A stretch of DNA of 64,000 nucleotides from an uncultured Dehalococcoidia bacterium (GTDB lineage Bacteria; Chloroflexota; Dehalococcoidia; Lucifugimonadales; UBA3495): the NCBI GenBank assembly GCA_950072105.1, contig CATMOE010000008.1, positions 1 to 64,000 of the forward strand. The letters are read 5' to 3'. Positions 19,696-29,820 of this stretch are shown here, piece after piece. Each line of letters opens with the position of its first letter. Within the stretch, counting starts at the first letter, position 1. Both the position numbers and the translations under genes were made by a program. The notes below the pieces were generated by a model that was given only the letters and a program-made list of their open reading frames with translations, had not been told where the DNA came from and ran no database searches.

Positions 19696-22658
19696 CTACC
19701 AGGACACCAGGCCTTGCCGGGCTGCGTAGGCTGCCGCTTCCGTGCGGTTGGCGGCGCCTGTTTTGGTGAGGATGCTGGTGACGTGGTGGGCCACGGTGCG
19801 GAGGCTTATGACCAGTTCTTCGGCGACCTCCCGGTTGTTCCTGCCCAGGGCCAGGAGCCGCAGGACCTCAACCTCCCGCTGGGTCAGTCCGGCGGGGTAG
19901 GTGGACGGGGCCGCCGGTTGAGTTTCGATCGCTTGCCGGCGGGACTGCGCTCGCTCCATCAAAGGCGGCATACCCAACTCTGTAGAGATAGCCACCGATT
20001 CGTCCAGGAGAACGGCTGCCCTCTCGCGGTCACCGGGTCCGCCTCGTTGACATAACGCGTCGGCGTAGTCGCAGCAGGTCCAGGCCAACTCGGGACGGTA
20101 GTCTGTTTTGCGGCAGCAGTCCAGAGCCTCCTCAAAGTGTCCGGCTGCCACGTCCAGATTGCCCATGGTTTGGGCCAGGAGTCCCAACCGGCGTTGCACG
20201 CTGGCCATGTCCAAGACTATCAGGAACGTGTCCCTCACCTCGTATAGCGCAGCATATTGCTCCGCCGCGGCATCAACATCCCCTCGCTGCACGGCCATCA
20301 TCCCTAAGCCTACCCTGGCGGCTAGGGTGAAACGGGGGATGTCGAAAGGGGACGAAAGAATAATACCAGCGGCGGCTTCAGCGGCCTCGAAGCGGTCCGT
20401 GACGCCGGTGATCCGGGCTACTGACGCAATCACCAATGCCGCAACGGCAAATGGCTGGGGAGTCACGGAGGCGCTTTGATTCATTGCCTGGATCAGTGTT
20501 TCCAGGTAGGTTGATCCCTGCTCGAAGTTGCCAATCTCAAATTCCAACTGGGCCCGGCAACCAAGGAGTTGCGGGAACGTTTGACCAACTTCCAATCCGC
20601 GATCACTAAGCGCGCGGGCGGCAGTCCAATCGCCTCGGCGGTAGGCAGATATCACATTGGCATAGAAAGCTCTTGCCCGCTGCCTCCGAGGAACACGCTC
20701 AACTGAGACCAACATGGCCTCTGCATGCCGCCGGGCGCCATCAAAGTCACCCATGGCCCTAAGAGATTCAAAGGCGGAAAGCCTCGCCCAGTTATCGGCT
20801 TCAGGATTTTCTCCTTGGGTTAACAGAGAAATGGCTTGCAGGCTTTTCTCTAGGCTCTCCTCCCAGTGAATTACGTCCGACTCCACATGGGAAGCCATAC
20901 TCAAAGTTTGCGCTTCCAAAGCCGTGTTACCCTCAAGCCGGGCGATGGCAATGGCCCGGTCGAAGGATTCAACAGCGCCGGTGTAGTCGGCCGTTTCGTG
21001 ATAGATATCAAAGGCGTAATGGCACAGAAGCTGTCCTGCCGATATGGAGTCCTTAGGCACAAGACTTAAGGCACGGGCGCGGACCTGGTGTTGCAATCCT
21101 CCGCTTAGTGCCAAGCCGGAAAAGTGTTGGAGCAGGCGATGGCCACCGCCTGCTCCACATTCCCCGCATCAACATAAAAATCAAAGGCGCTCTTCATGTT
21201 GGAATACGCCTCGATTCTGGTCTGGTTGTCTAGCATCGCTGCCTGGGAGCGGCCTAACCCGAACAGGAGCGCCGCTGAGTCGTCATCCACCGGCTGTCCT
21301 TCCTTGGCAGCCAGCGCACGATCGAATACAAATAGAGCTTCCTCCCAAGCGTACGCGGCCAAAGCCTGCTCCCCGGCGGCAAGGGAATAACGCACCAACT
21401 TTTCGGTGCCCAGCACCGGCTCGGCCTCAGCGAAATGGTGGGCCAGCTCGGCGGCATGGGTTTCAACTTCGGCGCCATACAGCTCTTCCAATGCCACGCC
21501 GATCCTGGCGTGCAGACGCACTTGCCGGGCGGCAGATATCTCGCTGACCAACGTCTCTTGTATCAAAGCATGTTGAAATTGAAACCGCTCTGCTCCCATG
21601 CGGACCTCTTCTAGAACTCCTGCTTTAAGAGCTTCATCCAGCAATTCCAACAATTGATCTTCGCTAAAATCACTGCTCAATTCCTCAAGCAGATCAAGAT
21701 TGAACTGTCTACCAACCACTGCGGCAGTCGTAAGTACACGGTTGCACTCGCTGGACAACCGGTTCAGCCGCCTGCCTATCGCGTCCCGGATGCCTTCTGG
21801 AACCATTGCGGCCCAGCCTGGGTCCGTGGCCACTTCTCCCTGGCTGAGCAACCGTACTATTTCGTTAACGAACAGCGGGTTTCCTTCGGTGCGCCGGTGC
21901 ACCAAGTCCAAAGCGTTATCGGGTAGAGCAACTCCGGCGCTGAGCTCGGCAAATTCGCTCACTTCCTGCTGCGTTAAGCCACCAAGCTGGATCCGTCGGA
22001 ACAGTTGCTCGCGCATGAGGCTGCCCAACGTCTGCGATAATGGGTGCTGCCGCGACACCTCTACGTCACGGTAGGTACCCACCAGCAGCAGGTTGCTAGC
22101 CGCCATGCCACGAGCCAGGAATTCCAGCAAAAGCAGAGAGGCGTGGTCGCCCCAATGCAAGTCGTCCAGGACGATTACCAGCGGTTGAGACTGGGAGGCA
22201 TTTTTCAAGAAGGTGGTGACGGAGTCGAAGAGACGGAACCGGGCCGGCTCGGGCTCCAACGCAGGCGGGTCTGTAAGATCGGGCAGCTTTTCCCGTAAGC
22301 CGGGAATCAATTCAGCGATGTGGGACGCGCCGGGTCCCATCGCCGAACTTAGCTGGTCAGGGTCTTGTTCGCTGATGAAAGAGCCGATGGACTGGATCCA
22401 CCGCCAGTAGGGGGGCGCCCCCTCTTCTTCGTAGCACCGGCCCCAAAGGACTCGGGCTCCTTGGGTTTCGGCGTAGGTAGTCAACTCTTGGGCTGTTCGA
22501 GTTTTGCCGATGCCCGGCTCACCCACCAGCATCACCATTTGCCCGCGCCCGGCCAGGGATTCTTCCAAGGCCGCCCTTAGCTCACCCATCTCTCTCTGCC
22601 GGCCAACGAAGACGCCGGAGGAGGCACGGGAACTTGATTGAGACGAAGGCTGTGACAT
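19696..22658 (-). pseudogene. Large ATP-binding LuxR-family regulator (AAA + TPR + HTH), frameshifted near 21120
   Basis: FVGR, GEPGIGKT and LDDLHW in 21105-22658; LuxR HTH (LTQREVEVLRLLALG) in 19696-21114. One extra T in a T4 run would join them. Confidence 0.85.
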
Positions 22659-22796
22659 GGGGCCAGTATAGTTGGAATGGATAGAGGGTTCCAGTGCCGG
22701 TGTGTATTGGTCATCCTACCTAAGGCCGTGTCTGCTTAGATTCGATTTGGAATATAATTTGTCTTGAAAACTGGGAGTGCCCTAAGAACGAATAGA

Positions 22797-23261
22797 GTGG
22801 ATTGGGAAGAATTCAAACGCGCTGATCCAGAATTAACGGCCTTGGGCGAAGAGCGCATGGAGGCAACCGGGTTGGTGCTATTGGGTACCCTGAGAAAAAA
22901 CGGTTTCCCGCGCATCTCGCCGGTGGAACCGCTCTTGACTATGGGGCGTCTCTACCTGGGGATGATGTGGCAGTCGCGCAAGGCGCTGGACCTTCTGCGC
23001 GATCCACGGTGCACCGTGCACAGCACGGTTTCGGACCGGCACGGCAGTGAGGGAGGGTTTAAGCTGTATGGACGTGGTCTGGAGATCCGGGATCTGGAAG
23101 AGCGGCGTCTCTACAGTGAGGCGCTTCATGAGAAGATCGGATTCAAGCCGGAAGAGCCGGAGTTCCACCTGTTCGCGGTTGACATCGAGAGCGCGGCTTA
23201 CGCTGTGATCAGAGATGGGGAGTGGTTCCGTCGGATTTGGAATGCCGCCGGTCGCGGCTGA
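22797..23261 (+). CDS. Pyridoxamine 5'-phosphate oxidase-like (split barrel) protein
   Basis: LGTLRKNGFPRISP and KALDLLRDPRC motifs. Confidence 0.8.
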   Translation: MDWEEFKRADPELTALGEERMEATGLVLLGTLRKNGFPRISPVEPLLTMGRLYLGMMWQSRKALDLLRDPRCTVHSTVSDRHGSEGGFKLYGRGLEIRDLEERRLYSEALHEKIGFKPEEPEFHLFAVDIESAAYAVIRDGEWFRRIWNAAGRG

Positions 23262-23393
23262 GAATGTGGGCAGATCGGCGAGTGCTGTTAGGTTGAAGGA
23301 GCAGCCGGACTGGTAAATGGACCGTGCCGGGGGAAGGGGAATCACCCCGGCACGGGAGAATGTAGTCTTCGTTCGGACCTAGGCAAAGATTTC

Positions 23394-23657
23394 TTATACC
23401 GTTCCATTCACATGGCCGTTGGTAGCCTCGGCCAACACGGGTTGATTTTCCTTGCTCTGTCTCCGGGAGCGCATGGCGTCTACGTAACCGGCGGCCTTGT
23501 CGCGAATCCCGTCGGCCTTGTTGCGAAGCTCGTCGGCTCGGGCCGCCACGATCTGCCGAGACTGTTTACCGGGTTTGGGCGCGAATAATAGGCCGGCAAC
23601 CGCGCCCAAAGCGGCGCCAGCGATAAGACCTGTGACCAACTTGTTTGTGTTAACCAT
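23394..23657 (-). CDS. YtxH domain protein
   Basis: GLIAGAALGAVAGLLFAPKPGKQSR; AGGAGG RBS. Confidence 0.88.
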   Translation of the reverse strand: MVNTNKLVTGLIAGAALGAVAGLLFAPKPGKQSRQIVAARADELRNKADGIRDKAAGYVDAMRSRRQSKENQPVLAEATNGHVNGTV

Positions 23658-23726
23658 TGTCGTTCCTCCTGTATCTTGTTCCGTTCGGCTGCTCTAACTT
23701 GTAAACCTATTAAACGATACCCAGCG

Positions 23727-23770
23727 TTACCGGGGAATTACTGTTGAATTACCGGCTTATTACCGGGGAG
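23727..23770. repeat. Four 11-bp-phased direct repeats upstream of ytxH
   Basis: TTACCGGGGAA/TTACTGTTGAA/TTACCGGCTTA/TTACCGGGGAG. Confidence 0.65.
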
Positions 23771-24058
23771 TGATTCCGGGCGCGGACGTACGAGCCCAGT
23801 AATACCATGCGAGATAGATAACCAAAGGAAACCAGGTTACTTAAATCCTGGTTAGACGCGGGTATTGTGGGAGTGGAGTCTGGGATTTGAGGAATGCCTT
23901 AATATGCGGGATTTTAAGACGCACCTCCGGACCGACCTGATCTGCCGAGAGGGTGGCCTGGATGGCGTGGGACTAGGATGGATTGTCTGAGGCGAAAATG
24001 CACCGATGGCTACATCAGGCTGGGTGGCAAGGTCTAGGACACGGAAAAGACGCTCGCT

Positions 24059-24826
24059 CTACTTGTCCCGGTATCCCCTGGGGGTTGCCATGTGCCCCTG
24101 CAGCAGGTAGGTGGTGGAGTTTCCGATGACCACGGTGGTGACCATGTTGATGTCCTCGGCGATCCCTTCCAGCCCTTCCAGGTCGGTGATAGTCACCTGT
24201 TGCCCCGGCCGAAAAGCGTCCTTGACGACGCCGACTGGGGTTTTACCAGAGCGATGCTCAAGAAGTATGCGCCGGGCCTCCATCAGTTGCCATTGGCGGG
24301 TCCGGCTTCGGGGGTTGTATAGGGCGACGACGAAATCTCCCTGGGCTGCCGCCTTCAGCCGTTGTTCGATGGCCGTCCATGGGGTCAGCAGGTCGCTGAG
24401 ACTGATGGCGCAGAAGTCCTGCATCAAGGGCGCGCCCAGCAAGGCGGCGGCGGCCTGCATGGCGGAGATGCCGGGCACCGTTTCCACTTGAGGGTTGATC
24501 CCGTCCCAATCCAAACCATTTAGCACTTGGAACACCGGGCCGGACATGCCGTAGATGCCGGCGTCTCCCGAAGACACCACCGACACCACCCGACCCGCGT
24601 AAGCCAACTCCACGGCCTTGGACGCCCGCTCAATCTCCTGGCCCAATTCCATGGAGACGAGTTCCTTGCCAGCTAGCAAGTCTCCGGCCTGTTCGATATA
24701 CGCACGGAACCCGACAACGACGTCCGATTCCTCCAGGGCCGACATGGCCGCACCCGTCAAGTACTCAGCCTCGCCGGGTCCTAGGCCAACAAGAAACAGC
24801 TTGCCTTGTTTGTTGTCGTTAGCCAC
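24059..24826 (-). CDS. cbiH: Cobalt-precorrin-3B C17-methyltransferase
   Basis: VGLGPG, SSGDAGIYGM, DFCAISLSDLLTPW, YNPRS and TPRGY motifs. Confidence 0.92.
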   Translation of the reverse strand: MANDNKQGKLFLVGLGPGEAEYLTGAAMSALEESDVVVGFRAYIEQAGDLLAGKELVSMELGQEIERASKAVELAYAGRVVSVVSSGDAGIYGMSGPVFQVLNGLDWDGINPQVETVPGISAMQAAAALLGAPLMQDFCAISLSDLLTPWTAIEQRLKAAAQGDFVVALYNPRSRTRQWQLMEARRILLEHRSGKTPVGVVKDAFRPGQQVTITDLEGLEGIAEDINMVTTVVIGNSTTYLLQGHMATPRGYRDK

Positions 24827-25241
24827 AGAGACACAGAGGCACGGAGGGTTTAGAAGATGAGCCGTTTGATGCCATTTGTTAGCAACCTTGAGTTAAAGTT
24901 CATTAAGAGACCAATTTTCTTGCCGGTGATCTTTAGGTAGGTTAACACTTGGGCCTCGAAGAGGGGATCGTGACGTTCGACACTTTTAATTTCCACCACC
25001 ACCGTATCTTCCACGACGAGTTCGATCCGGTAATCACCAATCTGTTCCCCTTTGTAGGTGAGTGGTATCGGCACCTGTCGTTGATACTGAAGCCCTTGGA
25101 GACCCAACTCGACACATAGGGCTGCCTCGTAGGCGCTCTCGAGAAGTCCCGGCCCCAAATGCCGGTGCACTTCTATCCCACAACCTATGATCCTTTCCGT
25201 AATTTTATTTAACTCTGTGATCTCTGTGTTTCTGTGGCTAA
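24819..25241. mobile_element. Inverted-repeat-bounded GxxExxY cassette (putative minimal mobile element)
   Basis: TTAGCCACAGAGACACAGAG (24819-24838) matches the reverse complement of 25222-25241 (TTAGCCACAGAAACACAGAG) at 19/20 positions. Confidence 0.65.
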
Positions 25242-25245
25242 TCAA
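24850..25245 (-). CDS. GxxExxY family protein (PD-(D/E)XK fold)
   Basis: VHRHLGPGLLESAYE, VVEIKS, AQVLTYLK and GLLMNF motifs. Confidence 0.92.
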   Translation of the reverse strand: MISHRNTEITELNKITERIIGCGIEVHRHLGPGLLESAYEAALCVELGLQGLQYQRQVPIPLTYKGEQIGDYRIELVVEDTVVVEIKSVERHDPLFEAQVLTYLKITGKKIGLLMNFNSRLLTNGIKRLIF

Positions 25246-26375
25246 GACTTATCAGCGCCGTAGAACATTCGGGCAACGGCGACGGTTGCGCGGTCGGTTT
25301 TGGTTTTGGTGACTAATAGTTCGGTTGCGGATGAAGCCAATAGGGCGGCGGGTTCGCATACGCCCCAGATTCCCAACAATCTGTGAGGTTCTGGGGAGGG
25401 TGTTGGACCCAGTTCAGAGCCTTCAGGAGGGAACATGGAGTTCAGATCTGATTCGCCGTAGCAGTGGACCGGCACTTGGAGCTTGGCCGCCATCTGTCCG
25501 ATGCCTACTTCGTCGCGCTTTAACTCGGCGGTGGCGATGCAGTTGATGCTGGCCTTAGCCAGGTTGTTATCGCGGAATGTAGTGTCGATCAGGTGCTCTA
25601 GATGTTCCATGGGGACGCCACGGCGGCACCCCAGGCCAACCGCCAAGCTACGAGGCCGATATACCACGACGAATTTGCCGGGCAAGGCATCGGAATAGGT
25701 CTTTTCGCTGGAATGATCCTGGGCCGCCAGGTCGGTGATTACCAGCGCGGCGGCGCATGGGGATTCAGCCAAAGACTGTAAAGATCGGTACACCTCGACG
25801 TTGTCTGGCAACGGCTGGCCGGAAGGCCACCAGCCGGTCTCCCCGGCCTCCTGATATATACCCACCGGCTCTCCGTTTATGGAGATGGCGCTGGCTCTTG
25901 TGACAGTCAGCGGGTCCGCTTCTATCTGCCAGCCGAATTCCTGACCAAGTAAGTCCACGGCCAGGCGTCCGGTCACGTGGGATGCCGAGGTTACGACGGG
26001 AGAAGCGTCCAGGATGGAGGCTACTTCTTGAGCCAGCTTGTCAGCCCCGCCCAGGTGTCCCGAAAGCAGGCTCACGGCGAACCGCCCGGCGTCGTCGACG
26101 CAAACAACGGCAGGGTCACGGTGCTTGTGATCTAGGCATGGCGCCAGCAGCCTGACCGCTGCCCCCACGGGCATGAAAAGCACTAATCGCCGGCACTCTT
26201 GGAAAACACTTTGAACCAGAGGGCGGGCCGGCAGGTCGAAAGCTACTGCGTTATCTTCCTCAACCAAAAAGCGCCGGTCCAGATAAAGGGTCGAGCCGCC
26301 GCCCAATTCGGTGGCAACCCTACGGGCCAGCTCTGCGCCGTTGCGGGAAATAGCGACGATGGCGGTATCGGTCAT
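25242..26375 (-). CDS. cbiG: Cobalt-precorrin-5A hydrolase
   Basis: KHRDPAVV, SLLSGHLGGA, GLGCRRG and GVCEPAAL motifs. Confidence 0.9.
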   Translation of the reverse strand: MTDTAIVAISRNGAELARRVATELGGGSTLYLDRRFLVEEDNAVAFDLPARPLVQSVFQECRRLVLFMPVGAAVRLLAPCLDHKHRDPAVVCVDDAGRFAVSLLSGHLGGADKLAQEVASILDASPVVTSASHVTGRLAVDLLGQEFGWQIEADPLTVTRASAISINGEPVGIYQEAGETGWWPSGQPLPDNVEVYRSLQSLAESPCAAALVITDLAAQDHSSEKTYSDALPGKFVVVYRPRSLAVGLGCRRGVPMEHLEHLIDTTFRDNNLAKASINCIATAELKRDEVGIGQMAAKLQVPVHCYGESDLNSMFPPEGSELGPTPSPEPHRLLGIWGVCEPAALLASSATELLVTKTKTDRATVAVARMFYGADKS

Positions 26376-26385
26376 GGCCTGGTGT

Positions 26386-27234
26386 TCACTGCCCGCCGCC
26401 GCTGGAGCCCTCCTCCACATCGGAAGACTCCGCCTCGGCCCGGCGGTAGAGGTGGGTGTAGTCGCTGGCATAGAGGTGGGACGACGAGACGCCGTTGGCC
26501 GCAGTGGGGACGTGATGAAGCAGGGCCGGGTCCATCGCTTCGCCAACCATGATTAGAGCCTGCAAGGTGATCTTGGCATCCCTGACCTTGGCGGCAATGT
26601 CGCTAAGGGTGCCCCGAATAATCTTTTCGTCCGGCCAACCCACCCGGTAGACAACAGCCACCGGAGTGGATTCAGTGTAACCCGCTTCTAATAACTGGCG
26701 CACCACGGTGAACATCCGCGTGATACTTAAAAATATGACTAGCGTGGAACCATGAGCCGCCAGGTCTTTCAGTTGTTCTCCGGGTGGCATGGAGACACGG
26801 CCTTGTGCCCGGGTCATGATCACCGTCTGGGACCCGCCGGGTATGGTCAATTCGACTTTCAGCCGGGCGGCCGCCGCGAAGGCCGCGCTTACCCCCGGTA
26901 TGATTTCGTAATCTACCTGGGCCTCTTCCAAGATTCGCATCTGTTCCAGGACGGCCCCGTAGATTGAAGGGTCGCCGCTCTGGATGCGAGCCACGGTCTT
27001 CCCCTGGCGAACCGATTCCAATGTCAACTCCATGATTTCGCTCAGGTTCAGAGTCTTGCTGCCATGGACCTCGGCGCCGGGCTTGGCGAAATCCACGATG
27101 GAAGGATGGACCAGGGAGTCGGCGTATATGATTACATCGGCGGACTCGATCACCGATTTGGCTTTTAACGTCAACAACTCCGGGTCGCCGGGGCCGCCGC
27201 CAACTATATATACCTTGCCTTGGCTTTGAGCCAT
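26386..27234 (-). CDS. cbiF: Cobalt-precorrin-4 C11-methyltransferase
   Basis: YADSLV, SGDPSIYGA, ELTIPGGSQTVI and SHLY motifs. Confidence 0.92.
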   Translation of the reverse strand: MAQSQGKVYIVGGGPGDPELLTLKAKSVIESADVIIYADSLVHPSIVDFAKPGAEVHGSKTLNLSEIMELTLESVRQGKTVARIQSGDPSIYGAVLEQMRILEEAQVDYEIIPGVSAAFAAAARLKVELTIPGGSQTVIMTRAQGRVSMPPGEQLKDLAAHGSTLVIFLSITRMFTVVRQLLEAGYTESTPVAVVYRVGWPDEKIIRGTLSDIAAKVRDAKITLQALIMVGEAMDPALLHHVPTAANGVSSSHLYASDYTHLYRRAEAESSDVEEGSSGGGQ

Positions 27235-27238
27235 TCTT

Positions 27239-27964
27239 TTACCTCTTGATTATCAGAAGGGAGAAATAGTCCAGGTCTTCCTCGGAGAGCGTGCTAAGGT
27301 CCCTGACCACCTCTTCCCGGGCGGTGCTGGCACGGCGTACGTATATGCCCTTTCCGGCCAAGCCCAGTTGCTCCAGATTAGCCAGCGCTTGTAGCAGGGT
27401 GCGGTTAACCTTCATGAGGATGATGGTGTCGTAGTTGGCGATGGCTTCGGATAGGTCGTCGATCCCGTAGACGGCGGGCAGGATCACCAATCTCTGGCCG
27501 TGGGTGACCAGGGGAACTCCGGCGCTGGCTGCCGCCGCCATGACGGAGGACACGCCGGGAATGATCTCCACGGTAACCTCAGGGTATCCCGACTTGATGC
27601 TGTCCAACACGTAAGAAAAGGTGCTGTACAGCATGGGATCGCCTTCGGTGATAAACGCCACGTCCTTTCCTTGTTTGAGGTGGCCACCGATGGTGTCGGC
27701 GGCGTTCCGCCAGACCGCCGCGGCTCCCGCTTCGTCGTCGATGGGGAACGGAATCCGGATGATTTCCTGTTTTTTCTCGTCCAGGTAATCCCGCACGATG
27801 TCCAAGGCATAGCTTTCCTGGCTGGACTCCGAGCGAGGTGTACATATCACCGGCACCTCTTGGAGAACCCGTAGGGCTTTCAACGTGAGCAACTCCGGGT
27901 CGCCGGGACCCACGCCCACTCCGTAGAAGCGCCCGAAGTTGGTGCTATTTCCCGTCGTGCTCAT
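27239..27964 (-). CDS. cbiL: Cobalt-precorrin-2 C20-methyltransferase
   Basis: GVGVGPGDPELLTLKA, EGDPMLYSTF and YFSL motifs. Confidence 0.92.
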   Translation of the reverse strand: MSTTGNSTNFGRFYGVGVGPGDPELLTLKALRVLQEVPVICTPRSESSQESYALDIVRDYLDEKKQEIIRIPFPIDDEAGAAAVWRNAADTIGGHLKQGKDVAFITEGDPMLYSTFSYVLDSIKSGYPEVTVEIIPGVSSVMAAAASAGVPLVTHGQRLVILPAVYGIDDLSEAIANYDTIILMKVNRTLLQALANLEQLGLAGKGIYVRRASTAREEVVRDLSTLSEEDLDYFSLLIIKR

Positions 27965-27968
27965 CGAG

Positions 27969-28583
27969 CTATCCTTCTCGCCGGGCGGTCACCACGAAGA
28001 CCGGGTTAAGGGCCTCCAAACGGACCGTCCCGTCGGGCATATCTTTTCCTCTGGACGAGTTCACCATAACCATGTCGGCAACAAAACCCGACGACTTGAA
28101 GCGTTGGTATACTTCATTTGTGCGTTCCAAGGCAGCCAGGTTAACCACGATGCGGCCGCCTGCTCGCAGCCGCTTTATCGCCACGTCTAATATCTCCGCC
28201 AGGCTTCCGCCGCTGCCTCCCACGAACACCGCGTCTGGGTCAGGCAATTCCACCAGTGCGTCCGGCGCTTCTCCGGCGATGATATGAACGTTCTTTGAGC
28301 CCCACTGCTCCACGTTACGCCGGAGCAGCGGCAAGCTCTCTTCGTCACGCTCCACGGCGTAGACAGTGCCTTCCCGGGCGATTATAGACGCTTCGACAGA
28401 GATAGACCCGGTGCCGGCTCCGATGTCCCAAACCACGCTGCCGGGCCGGAGACCCAGGGAATAGAGGCTGACCGCGCGCACTTCCCGCTTGGTGATCTGC
28501 CCCTGCAGCGGGCGCCGTTGCTCGAAAGCATCGTCGGGAAGGCCCAATGCCCGTTGCGAAGCCGCCTGCAATTTCTCAACCAT
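27969..28583 (-). CDS. cbiT: Cobalt-precorrin-6B C15-methyltransferase (decarboxylating)
   Basis: ITKREVRAVSL, WDIGAGTGSISVE, FVGGSG and NPV motifs. Confidence 0.9.
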   Translation of the reverse strand: MVEKLQAASQRALGLPDDAFEQRRPLQGQITKREVRAVSLYSLGLRPGSVVWDIGAGTGSISVEASIIAREGTVYAVERDEESLPLLRRNVEQWGSKNVHIIAGEAPDALVELPDPDAVFVGGSGGSLAEILDVAIKRLRAGGRIVVNLAALERTNEVYQRFKSSGFVADMVMVNSSRGKDMPDGTVRLEALNPVFVVTARREG

Positions 28584-29787
28584 TGGTCTGGCTTCCGGCG
28601 GTGGCGATCAGCGGAAGGCCCTGGGGCGACGTGGAAGCCTGGCCCAAGAGTGCGCCGTCGAAATCGAAGCACAGGCTATCGACGATGAGTTTATTGGCGT
28701 CGTCGCCAAGTAGCTTATGGCTTTCTTCGCAGACCATCTCGCACATCAAGGTAAATACCGAGTTCAGACCGTTGGCCAGCGCAAGTTCCTGAAAGTGGCG
28801 GGCGCTGGCGGCTTGGCGTATCTCTTCTTGAACCTCATCGGTCGCACCGCATTGGGAGGCCAGGGCAGCCAGGAAGGTGGTGTCCACCCGGTTCCCGGCC
28901 ACGTGGGTCACGAAGTATCCTTGAGCCATTTTTGAGAGTTTGCCGACCATTCCAGCGTGGGTTGCCCGTTGGACGTTACGCATGACGCAACGTTTCAACG
29001 ACGGTCCGCTGAAGATGCCGGCCTCGATGTAAGCCATGTCCGGCAGGTCCAATACTTTTTTGGTGAAGATCTCGCTCTGCGTGCCGGTGGAAAGCACCAA
29101 GTGGGACAAGTCGTTGGTCGCCGCTACGTCTATGGCCATGTTCGCGCTGGCCCGCCATGCCGCGGTGGAAAAGGGCTGGACCACGCCGGTGCTGCCCAGG
29201 ATGGATATCCCTCCCAGGATTCCCAGGCGTGAGTTGGTGGTCTTTTCCGCGATCTCTTCGCCGTTGGGAACGGAGATCTCCACGACTAAGCCGGTTTCGG
29301 ACGGAAGGCCGTGGGTCGTGGCCGCTTCGTTCACAGAGTCGATTATCATGCGCCGGGGCACCCGGGTGACGGCCGGTTCGCCTACCTCGATCCCGACACC
29401 TGGGCGGGTCACTGTTCCCACGCCGATACCCCCGGCGATCCGTACTTTATCAGCGAAGTTTGGGTCCCTGTAGACCGTGACGCATATCTCCGCACCGTGG
29501 GTGACGTCCGGATCGTCGCCGCCGTCCTTGATGACCGAGCAGGTCACTTTGCTTCCATCATCCGAGGTCTGGCATCGGTGAATCTCGAAGGTGACCGATC
29601 TGCCTACCGGCAACTGAATCGTTGATTGGCCAACCGATTCCCCGGTGAGCAGGGATTGAGTGGCGGCCTTGGCCGCAGCTGCCGCGCATGACCCGGTGGT
29701 ATACCCGGTGCGCAGTCCCCCTCGCTTAACCGTTTGCCTGCTGTAGTCGCTTTCCGGCCTTTGGTCCGGATTCGGCTTGTCAACCAT
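28576..29787 (-). CDS. cbiD: Cobalt-precorrin-5B C1-methyltransferase
   Basis: LRTGYTTGSCAAAA, KDGGDDPDVTHG and RLGILGGISILG motifs. Confidence 0.95.
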   Translation of the reverse strand: MVDKPNPDQRPESDYSRQTVKRGGLRTGYTTGSCAAAAAKAATQSLLTGESVGQSTIQLPVGRSVTFEIHRCQTSDDGSKVTCSVIKDGGDDPDVTHGAEICVTVYRDPNFADKVRIAGGIGVGTVTRPGVGIEVGEPAVTRVPRRMIIDSVNEAATTHGLPSETGLVVEISVPNGEEIAEKTTNSRLGILGGISILGSTGVVQPFSTAAWRASANMAIDVAATNDLSHLVLSTGTQSEIFTKKVLDLPDMAYIEAGIFSGPSLKRCVMRNVQRATHAGMVGKLSKMAQGYFVTHVAGNRVDTTFLAALASQCGATDEVQEEIRQAASARHFQELALANGLNSVFTLMCEMVCEESHKLLGDDANKLIVDSLCFDFDGALLGQASTSPQGLPLIATAGSQTNG

Positions 29788-29820
29788 CGTGTTTTATCCG
29801 GTCACATGCTGGCGAGAGCA

